From assembly GCA_038206475.1 (NCBI GenBank), contig JBBRAU010000004.1:1-63491 (forward strand): a DNA stretch of 63,491 nucleotides, read 5' to 3'. Positions 32,741 to 40,462 of the stretch are shown in pieces (positions within the stretch are counted from its first letter, which is position 1; each line of letters starts with the position of its first letter). The stretch comes from Patescibacteria group bacterium. GTDB taxonomy: Bacteria > Patescibacteriota > UBA1384 > JBBRAU01. The position numbers were made by a program, and so were the translations under genes. The notes under the pieces were generated by a model. That model was not told where the DNA came from and did no database searches. It was given only the letters and a program-made list of their open reading frames with translations.

Positions 32741-33724
32741 GCCGCGCCTAGTTTTACGCAAGCCTTTAGCTGAGCCGACTAGCACTTGGCTCAACAGTCG
32801 TTCCTCCATTTTTTTGAGCAGCAGACGATCGCTGCCGCGAATGATCGCCCTCTCATGGGCTTCAGACAGTGCGGCTGGATAACCCTGGCCGTCCGTCGCT
32901 TGGGCCAGAATGAGCGGCAATACGGTCGTCAACCAGCTTGATTGCTCAGCCAGCCATTCGAGCCGCACCCACTCGTTATCGACATGCAGATACAACATTT
33001 TGATTTGCGGTAGCGGCGATTTTTTGCCGAAGCTGAGTGTGAAGATTGGGCTCCAGATTCTACCTTCTGCGGGCGTCATCAGATGCCGATCTAGGAGATC
33101 GACACTGGCAGCTTTGCTCGCCAAGCCAAGTGCTTGCAGCGTTCGCACACACTCACTGGCCCCGGACTGGCTAATATATCCCACCACCGGCTGGCCAATA
33201 AATGAGCTCGTCATGGTATGCCATTCTGCCAGTGCCGCTGTCCGAACAGCCCCGTTCAGCCGAATAAGCGACCACGGGATAAGACTACCATCCAGCAGCA
33301 AGAGTGTTGGCAGCTGACTGCTTTTCATCACGTTTGATGCCAAGCGCCATTCAGCGGCAGCCCGGGCGCGACTGACCGCCTCTACAGTTACCTCAGACAG
33401 CTCCGGCACTTCCACTTGCTCCACCACCTGCGATGGCGCACCAAAACCAAGCTGCACCGCCGCGACGGTCAAAACCGGCAACGCCAACGCTTCGTGATGG
33501 CTGAGGAGGGCCTCTGAGCCGTCGAGACCTACTACCTGGAAGGGCGGCGGCCAGGCTGGCACCGGCGTAACCTCGGTCACCTCAATCACTAGTGGCTCTC
33601 GCAGCGTCGATTGGTAAATAAGCTGCTCGGCGTCAACTGTGGCAAAGTCTAATTCTCGCCAGACGGCTTGCAGTGCCAGACGGCGGGCTTGCCAATCGAG
33701 TAGCCGCGACTCTTGCGACTGCAA
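32732..33724 (-). CDS. NurA-domain-like 5'-3' nuclease (tentative)
   Basis: Two DGS motifs (VVGLDGSEAL, LLLLDGSLIPW) and a C-terminal GYPAALSEAHERAII segment resemble NurA catalytic motifs. No herA-like ATPase lies adjacent. Confidence 0.45.
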   Translation of the reverse strand: MQSQESRLLDWQARRLALQAVWRELDFATVDAEQLIYQSTLREPLVIEVTEVTPVPAWPPPFQVVGLDGSEALLSHHEALALPVLTVAAVQLGFGAPSQVVEQVEVPELSEVTVEAVSRARAAAEWRLASNVMKSSQLPTLLLLDGSLIPWSLIRLNGAVRTAALAEWHTMTSSFIGQPVVGYISQSGASECVRTLQALGLASKAASVDLLDRHLMTPAEGRIWSPIFTLSFGKKSPLPQIKMLYLHVDNEWVRLEWLAEQSSWLTTVLPLILAQATDGQGYPAALSEAHERAIIRGSDRLLLKKMEERLLSQVLVGSAKGLRKTRRGLR

Positions 33725-33857
33725 ATACTGCTCAACTGTTTTGGCCGCTTTCTCGATATTTATATCGCTCCTCGCTTTTTCCCCTTGATGTACTGAGGCA
33801 AATCAATGAAGGCCCTGCGCATGAGGCTAGTTTCTGGATATACTAGAGTGGATAATC

Positions 33858-35963
33858 ATGTCACAACCACTTTACCTGACCAGCGCTCGCCTGGCGACGA
33901 ACGACCGTCTGCCGGATCGTTTTCTGCGCAGTGGGTTAGTGGCCGCGGACGGCCCCAACACTGAAACACTCGGACATCTGCTATATGTCATTGAAGTGCA
34001 AAATCCTCTCTACGCTGATTCCAAGGTAACTGACCTGATCGTGTCAACGCTAACCGAGGCCTATTTCCAGGCCGAAGTCGCCAGCGGTTCGGCGCTCTAT
34101 CGATTTGAGCAGGCTGCTCGCAGCGTCAACCAGGCCTTAGCCGACCTGACTAAGACCGGAGAGACCGACTGGATCGGCAACCTACATGCCGTGCTAGGCG
34201 CGATTGTAGAGCGCGAGTTACTGCTAGCCCAAACCGGCACCGCGCGGGCCTATCTGTTTCGCCAGTATAAAATTAGCCACATTACCGAAGGTCTATCAAC
34301 TGAACGAGCACCGCATCCCTTAAAGACCTTTTCCAACTTAGTCAGCGGCAAACTAACCGAAGGCGACCGTCTCGTGGTGGCTAATCAGACTCTGTTTGAT
34401 TACTTGCCACTCGACCAGCTGCGCCAGCTCCTGCTCAGCGGCCCGCCGCGGCGGGCCGCTGAGCAGATTGCACGCACCTTGCGCCGCGAGCACGTTAAAG
34501 CGGTTGGCGCCATCACCTGCCAGTTAGACGAAGAGCCGCATCCGGAGGAGCCTCCCATCGTCATCTATCTTGATCAACCGGGGCGACAATGGTTACAACA
34601 AGGTTTGACGGCGACCATGCCACTAGCTAAGCGGACTGTGGCCGGCATGCGTGCCGCGACTATCTGGGCCGGGCCAAAAGTAGCTGTTAGCTGGCAGAAG
34701 CTGCGCAGTTTCAAGCCAGCTGTCGGCACAGCTTTAAGCTCTCGGCATTCGACCAAATCGTATGCTCCACGACCCAAGCATGGCAATAACACGAAATCCA
34801 CATCGGTTGACGCTCAATCTATCTGGCGAGAGACGGTAGCACTGTTGCGCCTGCCGAAGCTGACGGCATTTTGGCGCGCTCATGAGACGACCTGGCTAAA
34901 AAACCGGCGTCGGCCGATACTGCTCTTACTCGGCGCCATTTTATTGTTGCTCATTTTTGTGCTACTCATCCGTTTTAACCATAAGCAGGGCAAACCAGCC
35001 GCAGCCACAACATCAGCGAGTAGCAGCCAAGCAAGTGATCTGATTACCGCCGGCAGCCAAGCCCTGGCTAACAATGATGAAACAACTGCCCGGGCCAAAG
35101 CTATGGAGGCCAGTTTAGCCCTGTCCAAGTTGTTGCCAGGCGACCAAGCAACAATTAGAAGCGCGCTCGCTACCTTAACCGATCAGCTCGATCACATTAC
35201 ACGCCTGAGTGATGTCCCTGCCGCATTGAATCTAGGTGACAAAAACATCGCTACTCTCTACGCCGACGATAAAGTAACCCTACTCTATGAGCCGAAAAGC
35301 GGCACTGTTTGGCAGTGGACAGGCGGCAAATTGAGCCCGCAGACCACACTGGCTCCACCACCGACGGCCTTAACAATTGCTCGCAATAACCAAGAGTTGT
35401 ATGGCTTTGATCAAAGCGGGAAGCTGTGGAACCTGAGTAAATCTCCAGCGACGCCAGTGACCTTGGCTGGGCAGAGCCGCTGGAGTAGCCAAGTGCTCGA
35501 TTTTGGTTTCTTCCAATCAAATCTCTATCTGCTTGACCAAAGCGCCACGATTACCAAAATCAGCGTCGTAGACGGCGTCTTCTCGGCCAGTACTACATAC
35601 ATGAAGAATGGCCACCCAAGCCCTGATGCCCAAGCTATGACCATTCCAAGCAGTATTTGGCTGCTGGGCAAAAGTCAGCTTGAGCAGTGGACGCGCGGCA
35701 GCCAAACCAAAACGGTGGCTTTAGCCAGCCAGCCCGCGCTCGCTGACACCACATGGACCGGCCTCACCACCGACGGTAGTACACTATTTGCTACAACCAA
35801 GCAGGGTCATGTGATAGAATTTGGAGGAGACGGCGCAACTCTTAAGCACCTCGCTATCCCTGTTACTCTTGGCCAACCAACGGTCAGCACCGTTGACGCC
35901 ACGCATCGGGCACTGTGGGCGGTTGTAGGCGGATCACTCTACAAATTTAATCTGCCAAATTAA
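33858..35963 (+). CDS. large membrane protein: cytoplasmic N-domain, one TM, extracytoplasmic beta-rich C-domain
   Basis: 701-aa ORF with a central TM (ILLLLGAILLLLIFVLLI). The N-domain is vaguely PPM/SpoIIE-fold-like, but metal-binding Asp motifs were not identified. The C-domain looks propeller-like. Confidence 0.6.
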   Translation: MSQPLYLTSARLATNDRLPDRFLRSGLVAADGPNTETLGHLLYVIEVQNPLYADSKVTDLIVSTLTEAYFQAEVASGSALYRFEQAARSVNQALADLTKTGETDWIGNLHAVLGAIVERELLLAQTGTARAYLFRQYKISHITEGLSTERAPHPLKTFSNLVSGKLTEGDRLVVANQTLFDYLPLDQLRQLLLSGPPRRAAEQIARTLRREHVKAVGAITCQLDEEPHPEEPPIVIYLDQPGRQWLQQGLTATMPLAKRTVAGMRAATIWAGPKVAVSWQKLRSFKPAVGTALSSRHSTKSYAPRPKHGNNTKSTSVDAQSIWRETVALLRLPKLTAFWRAHETTWLKNRRRPILLLLGAILLLLIFVLLIRFNHKQGKPAAATTSASSSQASDLITAGSQALANNDETTARAKAMEASLALSKLLPGDQATIRSALATLTDQLDHITRLSDVPAALNLGDKNIATLYADDKVTLLYEPKSGTVWQWTGGKLSPQTTLAPPPTALTIARNNQELYGFDQSGKLWNLSKSPATPVTLAGQSRWSSQVLDFGFFQSNLYLLDQSATITKISVVDGVFSASTTYMKNGHPSPDAQAMTIPSSIWLLGKSQLEQWTRGSQTKTVALASQPALADTTWTGLTTDGSTLFATTKQGHVIEFGGDGATLKHLAIPVTLGQPTVSTVDATHRALWAVVGGSLYKFNLPN

Positions 35964-36019
35964 TTCGTCAAACAAATATAAGGGGCGCTGCAGCATAAGG
36001 CAGCATCAAAGGACGGGCC

Positions 36020-36337
36020 GTGCAACAAACACTGACGTTTTTACAGTTTTTGAAACTCAATGCACCAGCTAATCTGGCGTTGTTGTTTTTGGCAGGTGTC
36101 TTTGTTGGTATGGCCGTTTGGCAGTGGAGCAAAAAACTATTCATCATCGCGGTAGGTTTAGCCTTTCTGTTTGCCGGCGGCAAACTACCGAGGCTGCAAC
36201 ACGCCTGGCCCTTCTCTATCTGGAATCGCGATAAAATCACCAACACGATCAGCCAGCAGACCGACCAGGTCGTCGGCGGCATCATTAAACAACAGGCCGA
36301 TCAGGCACTGGAAGGCAGTCATGCGCCGACGCCTTGA
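36020..36337 (+). CDS. small two-TM membrane protein
   Basis: 105-aa ORF with a GTG start and two hydrophobic helices. Overlaps the sortase start by 17 nt. Confidence 0.45.
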   Translation: MQQTLTFLQFLKLNAPANLALLFLAGVFVGMAVWQWSKKLFIIAVGLAFLFAGGKLPRLQHAWPFSIWNRDKITNTISQQTDQVVGGIIKQQADQALEGSHAPTP

Positions 36338-37214
36338 CGGTTTAACTGACGCACCCGACTGGCCGCGACCACAGCCACAGACGGCGGCCACACCACCGCA
36401 ATCCGTAGAGAGTAGCGGCTACTTTTGGCCCAAAGAAACGGTGCAGGCGATGTCAACTGCCTTAGCCGAAGTTGAAACACTTGTTCAAGCCACATCCCCA
36501 AGACCACGGACACGTCAAACCGGCAAGCCAAAAATCATTCGCGTGTTTGAACGTGGTGGTACGCTGGCCGCGGAGTTGACAGTGGCTGCCGTCATTATGT
36601 TTGTCGTATTGAGTTTGCCATCATACTTAGATCAGATAAAAAACAAGTTCACCCTGGTGAGTCACGCAGACAGCCTGCCAGCTCCGACCGCCTTTCCACT
36701 CTCAGCCGAGGCGAGCAATCGATTTGATCCGTTCGGTCAAGCTGGCACGACTATCCCCGGCTCAGCGGATGCTCCCGCGCCCAATCCTGTCGCCGGTGAG
36801 CCTGACCAAGGCGACAACAGACTAATGATCTCCAGTCTCGATATTGACACGCCGCTGTTGACCAAAGTGCCGCTCGATCAAGCTGATGACGCCCTACATA
36901 AAGGAGTAGTTCAGTTAGATTCAACCAGCGATTTTAGCGGCTCTGGCGCGACGTTAGTTGCCGGGCATAGCTCAACCTATCCGTGGGACCAAAGCCAGTA
37001 TGGACGTGTCTTTGCAAGCCTGCCGAATATTGCAGTCGGCAGTGAAATCAGTGTCCGGTCTAACGGCCGCCGCTACACTTACAGGGTCAGCCGAACCGAA
37101 ACGGTCAAGCCAGATGCTATCATCTTGCCGGGATCGCGCAGTCTCGTTCTCATGACCTGCGTACCAGTTGGCACTACTAAAAATCGGCTACTCGTGATTG
37201 CCGACCCCGTTTAG
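36321..37214 (+). CDS. sortase family transpeptidase
   Basis: Start set to the ATG at 36321 (MRRRLDG). TM anchor (ELTVAAVIMFVVLSLP). Catalytic signatures VAGHSS (His), LVLMTCVP (TLxTC-type Cys) and NRLLV (Arg). Confidence 0.8.
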   Translation: MRRRLDGLTDAPDWPRPQPQTAATPPQSVESSGYFWPKETVQAMSTALAEVETLVQATSPRPRTRQTGKPKIIRVFERGGTLAAELTVAAVIMFVVLSLPSYLDQIKNKFTLVSHADSLPAPTAFPLSAEASNRFDPFGQAGTTIPGSADAPAPNPVAGEPDQGDNRLMISSLDIDTPLLTKVPLDQADDALHKGVVQLDSTSDFSGSGATLVAGHSSTYPWDQSQYGRVFASLPNIAVGSEISVRSNGRRYTYRVSRTETVKPDAIILPGSRSLVLMTCVPVGTTKNRLLVIADPV

Positions 37215-37366
37215 GAGGGCACCTAGACAGACAAGCAAAATAGTTTTAGGCTGGATACAAAGCATAAAAAAGAAGGGCCGAAGTTGCGGCAGTTGACGGA
37301 TTCAAAAGCCGTCGACCAAGAAGGTGAACGTTTTTGCTTACTACGTTCGCAAGAAGGAGGAGGAGC

Positions 37367-37678
37367 ATGCAAGAAACTGATGTAACCAGCGCCCGCGGCC
37401 TAGGCCGACACGGATTTTTGGTGCTGCTAGCAGCCGTAGTGCTGCTGGTGGGCGCCCCATTAGTGCGGGCGGATGATTCACCGCCAGCTATTCCAGGTGC
37501 CGAAACAACCACCGCAACCAGCCCAGCGGCGACCGATACCACTACGCAGGCCGCAACCACTACCACTACGACAACGTCGGCCCCAGTCACTGGGCCAGGC
37601 TCGGTTATCGCCGTCTCTCTGGCTGGCGGTCTGCTCATGATGATTTTCCGCCGCATTGCCACCACGAGCAAGGAGTAA
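37367..37678 (+). CDS. small secreted Thr-rich protein with C-terminal sorting-signal-like tail (APVTG + TM + RR)
   Basis: ATG at 37367 is preceded by AGGAGGAGGAG. It has a signal peptide (FLVLLAAVVLLVGAPLVRA), a T/A/P-rich stalk, then SAPVTGPGSVIAVSLAGGLLMMIFRRIATTSKE. Confidence 0.6.
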   Translation: MQETDVTSARGLGRHGFLVLLAAVVLLVGAPLVRADDSPPAIPGAETTTATSPAATDTTTQAATTTTTTTSAPVTGPGSVIAVSLAGGLLMMIFRRIATTSKE

Positions 37679-37679
37679 G

Positions 37680-40361
37680 ATGCCGGACAATACTAACAAA
37701 CAACGCACCCGCCTACGTTGGCTCGGTGCAAGCACGGCCGCGCCCGTAGCCATTTTAGCCTCCGCTGTGCTTGCGGACGACGAGCAGCCGCCAGTCTTGC
37801 CTGGCGATGTTTCCGCCGCACCAGTCTCAAATGACGCCGCGGTCGCCATCCAGCCGATCTCAGTCTCTGGCAGCTCCGTTCGCTCCACCGCCGCCCAAAC
37901 GGCCGTACCCTTTCAAACGCTAGTTTTCTCAATATTGGCGCTTCTATTCTTGTTCTCGCTGGTAATGTCACTGTCCAGCCGACGCAGCGAGTCGAAGCGG
38001 CTTGGTATTCAGTTAGCGCTGTTTTTTGGCCTCATCGGTATTTTGTTGTTTTTCGCTCGCGGTTCGCTATTTCCAAACGCTGATCAAGTTAAAGTGGTTG
38101 GCACCAGCCTACGGCCCGAGTTAACCTTTGAGACAATCGACACGCAAATTCAGCCGAGCAGTACCGTTCACGTTACGTTAAAGATCAAAAATAACTCGTT
38201 GGCCAAAAGTAGCGCCGGCAAATTAGAGGTTTCCGCGGTTGACGGCCGCGACGATCCATCTAACTATCAAGCTGCCGCTGTTGATGTTTCCGATTTGGCA
38301 GTTGGTCAAGAAGCCAGCATTCCAGTCGCCATTCCGGTGCCGGCAAGCGCCATAGGTAAGTTGTATATTCATGCCGTAGTTAACTGGCAAATTAGCGGCA
38401 AGCAGTACCCTGGCCGCTCTGAAGTTGACTACCACATTCCAATTACATCGCCGCGCTTAACCATCAATAAAGGCTACAACATGGTTAGCCTGCCGTATCT
38501 CCTGTCTGCTGACAGCACGGCGGATGTCTTCCTGTCTAAGCTTTCCTTTAATAAATATATGTACTGGTACGACCCGACATTGCCGGGTGGCGTCAATGAC
38601 AAGTGGGTGAACGGTTTTGATAAGCAGTCGGCAATGTCCAAGAGCCCGATTGGCCAACATGCATATATTCTTTACACCCGCGCCGACAGCGAGTCAGTCA
38701 GTGTACCAGTTTCGGCCACTAGCAATTCAGGTGCTTTTTACCCGACCATTTTGAAGCCAGGCTGGAACATGGTGTCTAACCCGTACCCTCGTCCGGTCAG
38801 TTTAGCTAATGCGACCATCCACCAGTTCCCCTTCCCGTCTCTCCCGAAAGAGTATGCTGACGAGTTTACCTTCGCAATTCCCTTCACGCCGCTTGGTAAT
38901 GCCCAAAATAGCGGGGAAATTTCAACTATTTGGTTCTTAACCAATAAAGACGGTAAGCAACAGTACGATGCCTACACCGCCCCCGTCTGTGACGTCAAGA
39001 GTACCGACGCCAACTTCGTCAAGTGCGTCGACCGAACAATTCCGGTTGGTCAAGCAATCTGGATTAAGAACAAAACAGATCACGATCTTAAGGTGCAGTT
39101 CCAATCTCCACGGGAACCGAAAAACAATACTTCAAGCGCCAGCCTGACGGCCGGCCTGCACAAATTCCAAGCTAAAGTACTGTACGGCGATGTTAACAAT
39201 GATGGCAAAGTTGATAGTACAGACGCCTTATTGCTTCTGGCTTACGTCAAAGGCAATGCCCCGGCCGGCCTCACACTAAATACCACTAACGCCGACTTAT
39301 CGCCGGTCTACTCAGATGGCAGTTTTGGCGATAGTCAGCTTACACTTGACGATGTAGATATACTGCTGTCGGCGCTTGATCAGACCAATCCCGGACAGAT
39401 CGTACCAGGCATGACCTTGGCCCAGCTGCTCGCTCAGTTCGCCGTCGACACCGCCCCAACATATAAATTCCCGGTCACCAAAGGTCATATCTACGGTGAT
39501 GCCAACCAAGACGGTAAGCTAGACATGGTTGATGTCAGTACACTTAACAAGATGATTCGGGGTGAGATTGCCGCTCCAAAGATTACTGACACGCTATTCG
39601 AACTCCTCGATATCGACAGTTACGGCTATGAAAACGGAGGCTTGCGCCACGGAGATGGCAAGCTAAACGATGAAGATGCCATTACTTTGATCAGTATGAT
39701 TCAGGGCGACCAGTTGCAACGAAAAGTCTATGGTTTGCCCGATAGCGTCTTTGTCGCAATCGCAACGCCTGTCCAAGCCCCTGCTGGCACCGGCAGCAGC
39801 CTGAAGTACGCGGTTGAAGCCAATGCACCATCCTCAACCGCAGGTCCTTATGGTGATGCCAACGGTGACCGCGTAGTCAACATTCTTGACGGTGTAATTG
39901 AGCGCCAATATGCCACCGCTTTGGCCGCAACCCCTTCGCATGAAGCGCCCGCCCCTGACTCAGCCTGGTTCGAACGTCTTGACCTTGCGCCCTACGACAC
40001 TGCGACAAAACGTCATGGTGATGGCAAAATTGATCTCGCCGACGTCAATATTCTATTGAAAATAGTCAGCGGCGGTAGCAGCGGCAAAGGCAGCTCTGAT
40101 ATAACCGCTATCAACACTCTTTTCGGTGGCAGCAATAAACCGACCGCCCAAGATATCAAGGGTGACCTCAATCACAACCAGATATATGACATATCAGATT
40201 CGGTAATTCTGCTTGCTTATCTTGCTAAAGTGACTGCCTGCAAAGCTGGTCAAGGCCCATGCCCAGCCTATAGTTCAGCGATGGACATTCACTTTGACGG
40301 CGTCATTAATCAGCAAGACAACGTTGATTTGCTTAGCCTGATTGCCAGTAAGCCGATATAA
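37680..40361 (+). CDS. large surface protein with seven dockerin-like Ca-binding modules
   Basis: ATG at 37680 follows AAGGAG. It has a signal peptide plus two hydrophobic segments and a CARDB-like region. From about 39180 come repeats such as YGDVNNDGKVDSTDALLLLAYVKG, YGDANQDGKLDMVDVSTLNKMIRG, HGDGKLNDEDAITLISMIQG, YGDANGDRVVNILDGVI, HGDGKIDLADVNILLKIVSG, KGDLNHNQIYDISDSVILLAYL and FDGVINQQDNVDLLSLI. Confidence 0.8.
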   Translation: MPDNTNKQRTRLRWLGASTAAPVAILASAVLADDEQPPVLPGDVSAAPVSNDAAVAIQPISVSGSSVRSTAAQTAVPFQTLVFSILALLFLFSLVMSLSSRRSESKRLGIQLALFFGLIGILLFFARGSLFPNADQVKVVGTSLRPELTFETIDTQIQPSSTVHVTLKIKNNSLAKSSAGKLEVSAVDGRDDPSNYQAAAVDVSDLAVGQEASIPVAIPVPASAIGKLYIHAVVNWQISGKQYPGRSEVDYHIPITSPRLTINKGYNMVSLPYLLSADSTADVFLSKLSFNKYMYWYDPTLPGGVNDKWVNGFDKQSAMSKSPIGQHAYILYTRADSESVSVPVSATSNSGAFYPTILKPGWNMVSNPYPRPVSLANATIHQFPFPSLPKEYADEFTFAIPFTPLGNAQNSGEISTIWFLTNKDGKQQYDAYTAPVCDVKSTDANFVKCVDRTIPVGQAIWIKNKTDHDLKVQFQSPREPKNNTSSASLTAGLHKFQAKVLYGDVNNDGKVDSTDALLLLAYVKGNAPAGLTLNTTNADLSPVYSDGSFGDSQLTLDDVDILLSALDQTNPGQIVPGMTLAQLLAQFAVDTAPTYKFPVTKGHIYGDANQDGKLDMVDVSTLNKMIRGEIAAPKITDTLFELLDIDSYGYENGGLRHGDGKLNDEDAITLISMIQGDQLQRKVYGLPDSVFVAIATPVQAPAGTGSSLKYAVEANAPSSTAGPYGDANGDRVVNILDGVIERQYATALAATPSHEAPAPDSAWFERLDLAPYDTATKRHGDGKIDLADVNILLKIVSGGSSGKGSSDITAINTLFGGSNKPTAQDIKGDLNHNQIYDISDSVILLAYLAKVTACKAGQGPCPAYSSAMDIHFDGVINQQDNVDLLSLIASKPI

Positions 40362-40380
40362 ACTGCAAACAGTCAAACCA

Positions 40381-40410
40381 AAAAAAGTGCCCCCTGGGGC
40401 ACTTTTTTTT
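40381..40410. terminator. bidirectional intrinsic terminator
   Basis: aaaaaagtgcccc ctg gggcactttttttt, 20 nt after the stop at 40361. Confidence 0.7.
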
Positions 40411-40462
40411 GGTGCTTATCAGCAGGCTAGCGAACTGAATTTGCTTGCCGTATACTTGAAAT

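Noticed and set aside
37246-37971. Minus-strand ORFs (37246..37671, 37478..37888, 37693..37971) opposite the Thr-rich protein and the start of the dockerin protein.
   Set aside because: These are shadow frames of an ACC/GCC-rich coding region. They have no SD. The plus-strand genes have strong SDs, signal peptides and domain logic.
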